A stretch of 64,000 nt of DNA from assembly GCA_050012255.1 (NCBI GenBank), contig JBEKHN010000003.1, positions 113,992 to 177,991 on the forward strand, read 5' to 3'. A program made the position numbers and the translations under genes. This DNA is from Candidatus Bathyarchaeia archaeon (lineage in GTDB: Archaea > Thermoproteota > Bathyarchaeia > Bathyarchaeales > Bathycorpusculaceae). Below the pieces are notes generated by a model, which did no database searches, was not told the DNA's origin, and saw nothing but the letters and a program-made list of their open reading frames with translations. Of the stretch, positions 42,342 to 52,003 are shown in pieces. The stretch's first letter is position 1; every line of letters begins with the position of its first letter.

Positions 42342-42934
42342 AGGTATTCATCCCCCTTCTCACCGTAGATCTTGGCCGCCAAATCCCGCGTCACTTCCTC
42401 CGGCTTCCGCGCATAAAGCTTGTAAGAAGTTTCGTCCCGCCTGGAAACAGTCCTCAGCACGTTCCAGCTTCCTTTCCGACAGACCTTCACGCACTGCGGG
42501 TCGCCGTTGCACAGGTCACAGATAACGATGTGCTTCTCTCTCGGGTGCATGTGCGGAATCCTGCCCGGACAAGCATCAATACACTGCCCACAAGCAGTGC
42601 ACTTCTCACTGTCCACTAGAACTGCACCGGTCTTCTTACTCACCCTGAGAGCGTCAACCGGACACGATTCCACACAGGGATAATCCTCACACTGCGCGCA
42701 GAAATGCGGAAACTCCAGTCCAGGAACCAACATGAAGACCCTGATCATAGATGCCTCAGGCCAAACGCGGTTTTCATGGAAAAGTGAGCATGCAATCTCA
42801 CATTTCCTGCACCCGCTGCATCTGGACAGTTCTCTTGCTATCCAGACTGGTTCTCTTTTAGGCTTCAACTGTGAACCTCTCAAAAGACTTGTAGATTTTC
42901 GTAGGACACGCCTTGATTTAAACGTGATGCTCAA
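42338..42934 (-). CDS. Multi-[4Fe-4S] small subunit partner of the WOR5-type enzyme
   Basis: CSGCRKCEIAC, CAQCEDYPCVESCP, CTACGQCIDACP, CDLC; 4-nt overlap with large subunit. Confidence 0.88.
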   Translation of the reverse strand: MSITFKSRRVLRKSTSLLRGSQLKPKREPVWIARELSRCSGCRKCEIACSLFHENRVWPEASMIRVFMLVPGLEFPHFCAQCEDYPCVESCPVDALRVSKKTGAVLVDSEKCTACGQCIDACPGRIPHMHPREKHIVICDLCNGDPQCVKVCRKGSWNVLRTVSRRDETSYKLYARKPEEVTRDLAAKIYGEKGDEYL

Positions 42935-43125
42935 CGGGCGGCTATACAGGCGTCGTTCATACGAGATCAGAAAGAGGGTTTGCGGTTGCTTTATTAGTTT
43001 CAGCTGCTAACAGAGGCTTCGAAGGGTTCAAACCTGTGGTCTGTTGAAGCTTTCCTCGGCATTCTTCTAAATTCTTTCTCACTAAACATCGACGAAGAAG
43101 GTACTCAGAAGAAAAGCCAGTTCAG

Positions 43126-44424
43126 GTGAGCAGGTTGAGGGTGATAGCTGACCTACACATTCACAGTCGTTACAGTCGCGCGACCAGCGAAAGAATGTGC
43201 GTCGAGGAGATATCTCGTTTTGCCAGGGTCAAAGGCTTGAACATCATCGGCACAGGAGACTTTACGCACCCAAAGTGGTTTGAAGAACTGAATCAAAATC
43301 TCGTTCCAGAGCCGGAAACAAGCCTGTACAAACTTGCAAACAACGCAGAGTCACCGATTCGTTTCATGATGACAACCGAAGTCAGCACGGTCTTCACGCA
43401 CAAGAACGAGACAAAAAAGGTTCACCACGTCATCCTAACTCCAACCTTACAAACCGCCGCCCAGATAAACGACAGAGTGTCAAAGTGGGGAAACCTGCGG
43501 ACAGACGGCAGACCAACGTTGAACGTTGACCCAGCCGCCTTGGTTGAACAAGTGATGGAAGTTTCCAGTGACAACATGGTCTTTCCAGCCCACGCTTGGA
43601 CACCTTGGTTCAGCATCTTCGGTGCCTTTAGCGGCTTCGACAGCGTTGAAGAATGCTATCAAGACATGACTAAGCATATTCACGCTTTGGAAACTGGTCT
43701 TTCATCAGACCCGCCTATGAACTGGCGATTGAGTAGGCTCGACAGGTTCACGCTGGTCTCAAACAGCGACAGCCACAGCTTTTGGCCATGGCGGATCGGC
43801 AGAGAAGCCAACGTCTTTGAACTGGAAAGGCCGAGCTACAGCGGAGTAACCGAAGCTATTCGGTTGAAGGACAAGCGGCACTTCAAGTTTACGATCGAAA
43901 CAGACCCCGCGTACGGAAAGTACCATTGGACAGGACACAGAAACTGCCACGTGGCGCTCTCGGCGCGGGAGGCTATAAAGTTTGCGAACGTTTGTCCAGT
44001 CTGCCGCAGACAACTCACAAAGGGCGTTGAGCAGAGAGTCGAGGAACTCGCTGACAGGCCGGAGGGTTTTCAACCTGACGGCGCGATCGGTTTCATGCGT
44101 CTGCTTCCGCTCTCGGAGATCATCGCAACAGTGTTGGGAACAGATTCACCCTACACGCAGAAGGTTTGGAACATCTATAACCCGCTCGTTGAAAAGTTCG
44201 GCGATGAGTACGCGGTTCTGATCGGCGCTTCGAAAGAAGAACTCGGCGCGGTCGCCGGCGGAGAAGTTGCCGAGGCGGTGATCAAGGTTCGAGAGGGAAA
44301 GGCTAAGGTTGTGCCAGGCTACGACGGCGTCTACGGGCAACTGATAATCTCGAACGAGTCTCAAACGGAGCAGGTTGTTCCGAGAAGAGTTCAACAGTTG
44401 AACCTTACAGACTTCACTCTGTAG
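43126..44424 (+). CDS. endoQ: Endonuclease Q (PHP domain, Zn finger, C-terminal PIP-like motif)
   Basis: DLHIHSRYS, PAHAWTPWFS, ETGLSSD, SNSDSHS, GKYH, CPVC, PGYDGVYG. Confidence 0.9.
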   Translation: MSRLRVIADLHIHSRYSRATSERMCVEEISRFARVKGLNIIGTGDFTHPKWFEELNQNLVPEPETSLYKLANNAESPIRFMMTTEVSTVFTHKNETKKVHHVILTPTLQTAAQINDRVSKWGNLRTDGRPTLNVDPAALVEQVMEVSSDNMVFPAHAWTPWFSIFGAFSGFDSVEECYQDMTKHIHALETGLSSDPPMNWRLSRLDRFTLVSNSDSHSFWPWRIGREANVFELERPSYSGVTEAIRLKDKRHFKFTIETDPAYGKYHWTGHRNCHVALSAREAIKFANVCPVCRRQLTKGVEQRVEELADRPEGFQPDGAIGFMRLLPLSEIIATVLGTDSPYTQKVWNIYNPLVEKFGDEYAVLIGASKEELGAVAGGEVAEAVIKVREGKAKVVPGYDGVYGQLIISNESQTEQVVPRRVQQLNLTDFTL

Positions 44425-44516
44425 CCTCCGGTTCGTGCTTTTTCTGTACATCTGTTGTTCAAGTCTACGGCAAGCCTTATTTAGTCGCAAGAGACCCGAT
44501 ATTGCGGGTAACCCAA

Positions 44517-44855
44517 ATGCAGACCCTAACGCAGCAAACGGACGCAAGGGACGACAAAGTCTCAAAAATCATCGAAAGAGTCCTGACTCAGATATTTGGG
44601 AAAGAGGCTACTCATCTGATCTATAAGCACTTAGAACGCAGGTACTCGGTCAGGCGCAATGAGGTGAGTGAGAAGCTTGAGCTCTTTGCCGAAGGTCTTG
44701 AGGACTTTTTGAAATCTGGCGCCTACGTCATCGAAAGAAAGATTCTTGAGGATGTCTGGTCGACTTACGGTCTGGTCCAGAAGTCACATCTGGAGAAGCA
44801 TGGAAAAGGAGCATGCTTCGTCAGTGAGATGAAGCAGCTTTTAAGGGAAGCATAG
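44517..44855 (+). CDS. Small archaeal hypothetical protein (DUF3227-like)
   Basis: IFGKEATHLIYKHLE...FAEGLEDFL...VIERKIL pattern; ATG at 44517. Confidence 0.6.
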   Translation: MQTLTQQTDARDDKVSKIIERVLTQIFGKEATHLIYKHLERRYSVRRNEVSEKLELFAEGLEDFLKSGAYVIERKILEDVWSTYGLVQKSHLEKHGKGACFVSEMKQLLREA

Positions 44856-45272
44856 TTACATTTCTGTTTCGCATCATCACTTTTCTGAACAAGTGCTGAA
44901 TCCGTTTTTCATTCGTGGACAGTCCGAGACCATTAGGACTTCTCTAAGTTTTGAACGATCCTTTTCCTGAATGGTGTTTCCACAGTTTGCGAGCGTACGG
45001 TGTTGTGAAACAGCGTGAGGCGCTGTGCGCGCTGTCGAGTCCTAGGCAGATAGTTTTTTATGCACGCGCGCTCGCTAAGAAATGGACATACGATGCAACC
45101 GTCTTCTTCTTCACAATTGCCATGATTCTGCTGGTTGTCATAGGGCTAAGGCCATCTTTTGGTTAGTTCGATTGGGTCAAAATACTTAACAGTGTCGTTT
45201 TGCAGAAAGCCTTAAAGTCATCGGAAAACAAATAACTCGGACCTTATTTAGAGCATGTAGAAGGCGCGAGGA

Positions 45273-46223
45273 TTGAAGACTCAAGCAGTCAAGGCAAAGC
45301 TACGGGAGTATAACACGCCTCGCAGAGTAGTCCAGCTGCTATCGTTCTTGTTCTTCAGCACGATAATCTTCAACCTAGGCGTGCTTCCACTCTTGCTTCC
45401 AGTGCTCTGGACAGGGGGGTTAATAGCCGGAAAAGGGAGCACGGTGGGTGACTCTTTCACGGCCATACAGCTCTTGTTCAGTGGATGGAGCCTTGCTTAC
45501 TCCGTTTTTCCATGGCTTGCACTGGCTTCATTTCTGATAGTCGGTGTGCTGATTGGAAGGTCGCTGTGTGGCTGGGTGTGCCCTTTCGGTTTTGTTCAGG
45601 ACCTAACAGGCTTCATTCGTCGGAAGCAGATTGATCTGTCGTCTAGAACGCATGACAGCATGGTTTACACAAAATACTTCGTTCTGGCCATCGCGTTGCT
45701 GATTCCCGTTACGTTTTCAGCAATGAGTACGGTGGGCGCAAGTCTGGCTTACCAAAGTACATTCGGTATCTTTGCGCAAGCTCCGTTCACCGCTGTCAGT
45801 CCTTCGGAGACTCTGTTTTCAATCGTGCCGAAAACGATCCAGAGTTTTCACTTTTCAGGTCTTCAGAACCTGGGCTCAGACTTTCTGTACGGGCTCTCGA
45901 TTCTGCCTCCGCTCTTCTGGGTTCAATTTGCGATTATGATTATTGTTCTTATTTTTGCGGTTTACGTTCCGCGAAGCTGGTGCAGGTACTTCTGTCCACA
46001 CGGGGCCTTCTTGGCCATAATGAACAGGTTCAGTTTCATCGGTCTGCGCCGAGAACCCTTCAAGTGCGAGAAGGGCGGTTGCCGAGAATGCGTCCAGGTG
46101 TGCCCAACCCGTGTGCCGATACTGGAGCTGCCATGGGAGAAGTTCAGCCACCCAGAATGCATCTACTGCATGAAATGTGCCGACGCGTGCGGACACAAGG
46201 CCATCAAACTGACGTACCCTTGA
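45273..46223 (+). CDS. Membrane 4Fe-4S binding protein (NapH/MauN-like)
   Basis: GRSLCGWVCPFG, WCRYFCPHGA, two ferredoxin motifs, TM helices. Confidence 0.88.
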   Translation: MKTQAVKAKLREYNTPRRVVQLLSFLFFSTIIFNLGVLPLLLPVLWTGGLIAGKGSTVGDSFTAIQLLFSGWSLAYSVFPWLALASFLIVGVLIGRSLCGWVCPFGFVQDLTGFIRRKQIDLSSRTHDSMVYTKYFVLAIALLIPVTFSAMSTVGASLAYQSTFGIFAQAPFTAVSPSETLFSIVPKTIQSFHFSGLQNLGSDFLYGLSILPPLFWVQFAIMIIVLIFAVYVPRSWCRYFCPHGAFLAIMNRFSFIGLRREPFKCEKGGCRECVQVCPTRVPILELPWEKFSHPECIYCMKCADACGHKAIKLTYP

Positions 46224-46245
46224 CTTCTCAACAAACTCTGCCTAG

Positions 46246-47462
46246 TCAACTCTTCTGAGCCCAGAAGCTCTTTGAATACTCGCCTAGGACGGCTTCGTAA
46301 ACGCTCATGGTCTGTTTGGCTATTCTGTCCCAGTTGAACCTTTCCTGGATTTTCTTGTACGCGTTGTTTCTCAGACGGTTTGCGTTCGTTTCATCTGTCA
46401 GTATCCTCGTTATCCCCCAGGCCAGCGAGTCAGGGTTGCCTGGATAGACCTTGAGGCCGTCCACGTCGTGGTCAACTATCTCTGCCAAGCCGCCCGTGTC
46501 GGAGACCACAACGGGGCTTTTTGCAGCCATGGCCTCGAGTGCAACTATTCCGAAGGGTTCAAAAAGAGACGGTACAACCGAAACGTCCGCGCACGTCTGC
46601 AACGCTCGCAGCGTTTCATCGTCGACGAACCCTGTGAACATGACTTTGTGGGCTATTCCCATGTCCTTTACTATTGCCGAAAGCTGTTCTTTCATGTAAC
46701 CGTTGCCGACGATTATGATCTTTGCGTTGACTTTTTCCAGCACCTTCGGAGCTGCGTTGGCTAGCACGTGGACTCCTTTTTCGTGGACCAGTCTGCCGAC
46801 GAAGAGCACGATTTTTTCTTCGGGCAAAGCGAACCTGCTTCTGAACTGGCTTAACTCGTTTTTCTTAACTGCAGCGTAGACGTCAGTGTTGACACCGTTC
46901 GGAATCATCATCATCTTGTCTGGGGGCAGGCCGAAGGCCCATCGCACGTGTGAGACCATGTAGTCGCTGCAGCATATGACCTTCCATGCTTCGTACGTGA
47001 GCCAGGCTTCTGTCTCATGGATCATCCTTTCGTAGTCGGTGTGAATTCCGTTTCTGCGCCCGATTTCGGTCGAGTGCATGGTGGCAAAGAGTGGCCGTCT
47101 GAACACGTGTTTCAGGCCGATCCCTGCGGTTGCAACGAGCCAGTCGTGGGCGTGAAAGAGGTCCACCTTGGCCTTTGAGCTCTTGGCGAGCGCCGCGGCT
47201 TCTTTCTGCATGTTCATGTTCATCAAGTAGACCCAAGTTGCAAAGTCGGGTGACGGGTTCTTGTACGAGTCTATTCGAAAGACTTCTACACCGTCCAACA
47301 CTTCGTGCTGTGGGGCGCCGGGAAAATCGCACGTGACCACGTAGACTTTGGCGCCGTTTCTCGCCAGGCTTTTTGACAGGTAGTAGACGTGTGGAGATAT
47401 TCCTCCGATGATTCTCGGCGGGAACTCCCAGGTGAGCATCATGACGGTTAAGTCGTGGTCCA
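46246..47462 (-). CDS. Glycosyltransferase family 4 (glycogen synthase-like)
   Basis: WEFPPRIIGG, HAHDW, EPFGIVALEAMA; start likely 47462 (track 47520). Confidence 0.9.
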
Positions 47463-48086
47463 TTAAGATGCTCCAGCCTCTGTGGTGTTCTTGTAAACTG
47501 CCAGGATGCCTTTCATCCAACCCGTGGATCCTGGTGGAATCACGTTCATCTTTTCATTGGGCGCTCTGTAAAGCCTGAAGGCTTCGTCCCGCATCCACTC
47601 AGACTTCACGACCAGCCTGGAGGCTTCGTACATGCCGAGCCATTCGATGCTTTTGATGGCCATGTTGAAGGGGGAGTAGGAACCGTGAGAGCGATGGTCC
47701 TCTAGGCTTTCAACTGAGTAGACAAACGGGATGTTCAGCGCTTTCTTCAACGTGACCGCTGCGGGTATGAAGTGCCAGTCATGGACGTCTATGAGGTCTA
47801 CCTGTCTACTCTTGTCGTAGTAAATGTTAGCGGCCACTCTTTCAACCTCTTGGTTCAGAGTTAAAACCCATGTGAGGACACCGATGTGTGTGCGAACTGG
47901 GTTGGTCACCCTGAAAGTCTTGACGCCTTCAGGTTCAAGATACTCGCCTGTTAAGTAATCGTCATAGGTGACCACGCAGGGTTCCGTGTGACTCGTGGCG
48001 AGTTGCACGGCAAGCGTCTTCACGTAGGCTGCTAGCTGGCCAACAATTCTGGGGGGGTATTCCCATGAGAAAATTATTTCGCGCAT
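47463..48086 (-). CDS. GT4 N-terminal domain-only protein
   Basis: WEYPPRIVG, HDW; no C-terminal nucleotide-sugar domain. Confidence 0.75.
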   Translation of the reverse strand: MREIIFSWEYPPRIVGQLAAYVKTLAVQLATSHTEPCVVTYDDYLTGEYLEPEGVKTFRVTNPVRTHIGVLTWVLTLNQEVERVAANIYYDKSRQVDLIDVHDWHFIPAAVTLKKALNIPFVYSVESLEDHRSHGSYSPFNMAIKSIEWLGMYEASRLVVKSEWMRDEAFRLYRAPNEKMNVIPPGSTGWMKGILAVYKNTTEAGAS

Positions 48087-48096
48087 CAGCCTTTCC

Positions 48097-48387
48097 CTAC
48101 GTGAAAAGCGCGCACACTTTTATTATTCCGCTTCCAGTCAAGTAGTAGCGTTTTTTTCCCTCATTGTCTGTGAAGCTCTGCGCAAAACCTTCAGACTTGT
48201 AACCGTCCAGAATTCTCTCCAGCTCGTTGATGTCGATCTGTAAGACCAGGGCCAGCTCGTCACTTCTTCTCGCTAGATCGGGCGCGGTTGCGCACAGGTT
48301 GTGCAGAGTTTGCAGGATCTTTTCCGAAAGCGGAAGTTCTTCTCGCATGTTTCCACCTTGTGTTAAGCTATGACCAGTATTCTTCAT
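48097..48387 (-). CDS. Small winged-helix-like protein
   Basis: Helical N-part and KRYYLTGSG wing. Confidence 0.6.
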   Translation of the reverse strand: MKNTGHSLTQGGNMREELPLSEKILQTLHNLCATAPDLARRSDELALVLQIDINELERILDGYKSEGFAQSFTDNEGKKRYYLTGSGIIKVCALFT

Positions 48388-48421
48388 GAGTTTTTCTTAT
48401 AAACCCAACCGTGCGCGCAAG

Positions 48422-49969
48422 TCAGAAGTATCTTGTCGCCTTCTGTATTTCAGCCCTCAGATCGTTCAGCCTCTTTTTTGCAACCTTTGCTATTTCGTTT
48501 CTAAGCTGTTCTCCTTCCGTTTTGGCAAGTCTAATCTCGTTGAGTTCCCCTGCCAGCACTTGGTCTTGGAGTGATTTTTCAGCCCAATTTGCAAAGTCTC
48601 CGCGTTTGTTGTGAAATTCAACTGATTTCACGCTGACCTTCTGAATGACTCGTGTAAACCCCCTTAAGCTCCAAGCCATTGTCCCCGTGAAGTATCTCTC
48701 GCCGGTGCCTGTGTAGAAGAGGAACGGTTCATCTGCCACAACAGTTGCAAGTCTTACTCTGTTTTCGAAGTCCAGTATCGCAGCTTGCATGGTGACGAAA
48801 GCGTCTGCCGGCGTGCCGAAAGGGCTGAAGTAGGAGTGAACTTCACCGGGGCCTCCCCCAGCTGTGAACATGTAGTAAAGGTGGTCGCTTGTCTGGAAGT
48901 ATCTCCAGGTTTTTAAGAAATCCTTGTCCTCCGCCTCTTTGACAAGCGGTTCTAATCGTCTTAAGCTTGTGTAGTAGGCCCACTGCATGGCGTTACCGAG
49001 CCAGCAGCTTGCGTCTCTTTCTAAGTCTGCCCAGGAAACGGTTCCTCCGAGTTCTGGGACGTCGATCTCCCCTGCAGAAGCATACTTTTCCACCACTTCT
49101 GACGGCGTGGACATGTGGAGGTTCCACCACTTCAAAATCTCGCTTGGCAGGTGTCTGAGGAATTCGTGGATGCCTGTTTCTGGCCAGTGGTGCTCTCCGA
49201 AGGTTTCGTAGTCTGGAAAGATGTTGATGCAGTTGCCCGGTGTGCCTGCCAGCCAACTCGCGTACTTGTCCGCGGTCAGCGGCCACTCGTTCCACCATCT
49301 TGCTGAAAACCTGAACCCGATGTCGTCTGTCAGCTTGTAATTGCGCAGGAAGACCTTGATCTTCTTGGAGTCCTTCGGCGAGTAGAGGTAGTTAGGCGAC
49401 TTTCCCTGCAGTATCCTCTCGACGCCTTCGGTGAAGATTCCCTTGTATCCCAGCTTTTCCACGGTTCGGGCTACGGCGTTGTTGTAGAGCAGTTCTGTGT
49501 TCTCGAAGACCAGTGGACTGTAGTCAAGCAGGTCTCGCATTATCTGCTGGTGCATCTTCACCTGTTCGATGAATTCTTCTCTCTCCGGATACAAGCTTGC
49601 AAGCGAGTGGTAGTAGGTTTGGCTGAGAAATTCGACCTGTCCTGTTTGTGCAAGCTGTTTGAACGATTCAAGCAGGTCTTTGTTGAACATCTCGCACTGT
49701 TCCAAGAAGACTCCGGAGACGCTGAAGGACACCTTAACCTTTTTCCTCTCGTTCCTATACCTGTCGACCAATTCGAGCAGGATGCTGTTAGAGGGGAAAT
49801 AGCACTTCTTACTGGCCCTGTCAAAGATCTCCCTGTTCACAGCGTTGTCGAAGTAGTACCCGAAGAGTTCTTCCTTTTTCACGCGTTTGAAAAGCTTGTT
49901 ATCCCAGTAGAAGCCCTTCTTTATCCTATGAGGCTGATGAACCTCAAAAACCAAAACGATGTCCGTCAA
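48422..49969 (-). CDS. GH57 alpha-amylase with C-terminal DUF5752-like domain
   Basis: EVHQP, TYYHSL, ENTEL, DYETFGEH, SWAD, QTSDH; C-terminal FHNKRGDFANW. Confidence 0.92.
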   Translation of the reverse strand: MTDIVLVFEVHQPHRIKKGFYWDNKLFKRVKKEELFGYYFDNAVNREIFDRASKKCYFPSNSILLELVDRYRNERKKVKVSFSVSGVFLEQCEMFNKDLLESFKQLAQTGQVEFLSQTYYHSLASLYPEREEFIEQVKMHQQIMRDLLDYSPLVFENTELLYNNAVARTVEKLGYKGIFTEGVERILQGKSPNYLYSPKDSKKIKVFLRNYKLTDDIGFRFSARWWNEWPLTADKYASWLAGTPGNCINIFPDYETFGEHHWPETGIHEFLRHLPSEILKWWNLHMSTPSEVVEKYASAGEIDVPELGGTVSWADLERDASCWLGNAMQWAYYTSLRRLEPLVKEAEDKDFLKTWRYFQTSDHLYYMFTAGGGPGEVHSYFSPFGTPADAFVTMQAAILDFENRVRLATVVADEPFLFYTGTGERYFTGTMAWSLRGFTRVIQKVSVKSVEFHNKRGDFANWAEKSLQDQVLAGELNEIRLAKTEGEQLRNEIAKVAKKRLNDLRAEIQKATRYF

Positions 49970-50148
49970 GCCTGTTGCCCCACGTTCTATATATCCGCCT
50001 GTTTTTATTTCTTGTTTACTGTCCGAATCATGAACACAACATGCTCAATGGTCTTTAGCCCGCGCTACTATGGGGCGTTGAATGAATGAAGTGCAGAATC
50101 TAGCTCAATTTGGTGTACACCTTTTTTCTGGCGTGCGCTACGCGAAAA

Positions 50149-50580
50149 TCAAAGGCTACCGATTTTCGAGACAAGGTTGTCAATCTGGCTGACAATGATC
50201 CTGGACTGGCCTTCGGTGAAGTTGAGATTAAGATCATAGTCAGCATCGTTTCTTTTGGATCTAAAATCCTTGAACTGGAATGCGATTGTCCTGTGCCCGA
50301 GATCAAAAAGAGTCAAATAAAAAATTCGATGCAGGTTGAAAGAACGCAGGTATTGCCTGTCAAGTCTATTCAATCTTCTTTGATCTACTCTCCTTCTAGG
50401 GTATGCTTTTTGGATTTCTTTGATGAGCTGGAAGCTGTACTTCTTCTGCAATACAGACCCGGTAATGTGGTAAAGAGAATAATATGCACGACCTATTGCG
50501 GTCCTGGATTCTTCTTCCTGTATTACCTTCTGACGCATTATCCTCTTTGCATATTCAAGAAATCTGTCCTCGGTTATCAT
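50149..50580 (-). CDS. HEPN domain protein
   Basis: RTAIGRAYYSLYH and RNDADY motifs. Confidence 0.8.
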   Translation of the reverse strand: MITEDRFLEYAKRIMRQKVIQEEESRTAIGRAYYSLYHITGSVLQKKYSFQLIKEIQKAYPRRRVDQRRLNRLDRQYLRSFNLHRIFYLTLFDLGHRTIAFQFKDFRSKRNDADYDLNLNFTEGQSRIIVSQIDNLVSKIGSL

Positions 50581-50590
50581 TCTCTCTCGC

Positions 50591-51196
50591 TCATCTAGCG
50601 TCTAGAGTTATTCTAAATCGTTTCATTTCTCTTCTCCGAACACATTGCAAAGAGAAATTCAGTAGTTTATCGAAGAGACCGTAGGCCCGCTCGAATTCCG
50701 AAGGTTCTACTAATACCTTGATCCTTGGCTCCGCCCAATCATCGTACTCAGTGTCAGTTTCTAAGTCTATCAGTATCTTTGCTTTTATGCCCTGCTTTTT
50801 CATGAACTCAGAAATCCTAGTCGAAACTATGTCCAAACTTTTGTTCATATCGAGTTGTCTTTTCTGCCTCATAATAAAATCACGAACGATTTGGCTCATT
50901 TCATAAGGCTTCTGAATTATGACATGCCGAAAAATATCCGGAGCAACGAAGCCACTCTGATCGGACATCGCGAATAATTGATCACCATCAATTGGGAACG
51001 TAGCAAAAGGTTTTGGCCTAAGTTGCTTAACCTTCAAATTGGATCTTCCAAACTCTGTCAGTTCTTGAAAAGTGCCTCGATCGCCGTCCCTTGGAACAGT
51101 CTCAGCATAGCGACTTTCTGTGGCAAAGCTTTCACCATAAGGCTGTCCCACGGACTCTATGGCTGTTGAAGAGTTAAGTTCAGTGTTTGCTATCAT
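50591..51196 (-). CDS. Hypothetical protein, HEPN partner
   Basis: ATGA-coupled to upstream gene; acidic DTEYDDW motif. Confidence 0.7.
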   Translation of the reverse strand: MIANTELNSSTAIESVGQPYGESFATESRYAETVPRDGDRGTFQELTEFGRSNLKVKQLRPKPFATFPIDGDQLFAMSDQSGFVAPDIFRHVIIQKPYEMSQIVRDFIMRQKRQLDMNKSLDIVSTRISEFMKKQGIKAKILIDLETDTEYDDWAEPRIKVLVEPSEFERAYGLFDKLLNFSLQCVRRREMKRFRITLDAR

Positions 51197-51840
51197 CTAG
51201 TTCTGGCATCCTCTTCTAGCTTATCAAATATCTGCCTTAGCTTACTGTCTAAATGCTTGGCCAATTCCTTCACATCGTCCAGTTCGCCTCTACAGACTAT
51301 TTGCACGCGGTATCTCTTGCTGTGACTGACAAAAAAGGGCTCAATCGTCAAAGCGAGCCATTTTTTTGAAGTTGGATTGTTTCCTTTTGGGGCGATCCGC
51401 AGACCGATAGAACAAGCATCTATTCCGAGAACGTTGCCTATTTTCCCAACTTCCTTCACGCCTTGGCTGACTTTGGCCAAGACATCCATAGGATTGGCTC
51501 CCGTAGAAACAGTAAGATCTCCGACGAACTCGTGGAATATCATGGTTGCGGGATCGACACCAAGCATGTCGATGCTGATACCCATCAACTCTTCATATGC
51601 AGTAACAGCGTCAGTTGTCGACGTCTGGCTTCTAACCCCAATAGTTCGCCTTTCAGTGCTTGCGTATACTTCAATCGTACCTTTAATTGCAAGCAAATCG
51701 GGTGCGCGTTGCATTTCAGGTCCTTTTACGGTGTATCCTTTCTCCTCGAGCTTGTCTCTCAATCCAACATAATCCGGACTTAGCATCCAAATAGATGCTA
51801 TACTTAGATTGAAAGGAACGACCTCGAATTTCCGTTCCAT
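51193..51840 (-). CDS. Hypothetical protein, first gene of HEPN operon
   Basis: 215-aa ORF, GAGGGT RBS and TTTTAAA TATA-like box near 51877-51883. Confidence 0.75.
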   Translation of the reverse strand: MERKFEVVPFNLSIASIWMLSPDYVGLRDKLEEKGYTVKGPEMQRAPDLLAIKGTIEVYASTERRTIGVRSQTSTTDAVTAYEELMGISIDMLGVDPATMIFHEFVGDLTVSTGANPMDVLAKVSQGVKEVGKIGNVLGIDACSIGLRIAPKGNNPTSKKWLALTIEPFFVSHSKRYRVQIVCRGELDDVKELAKHLDSKLRQIFDKLEEDARTR

Positions 51841-52003
51841 CTGTGTTTACCCTCTATGATTAGTTACATTAGGTTGTTTAAAATTGTTGTGAATCTATGC
51901 AGTCAATTTCGATGCATGTTTCCGAGGTTAGCGCATGCTTTTCTAGCAATGCCGAGCATTCACAAATGCCAGATACGGCGATTCGCTTGAACTGCGTGAG
52001 CTG

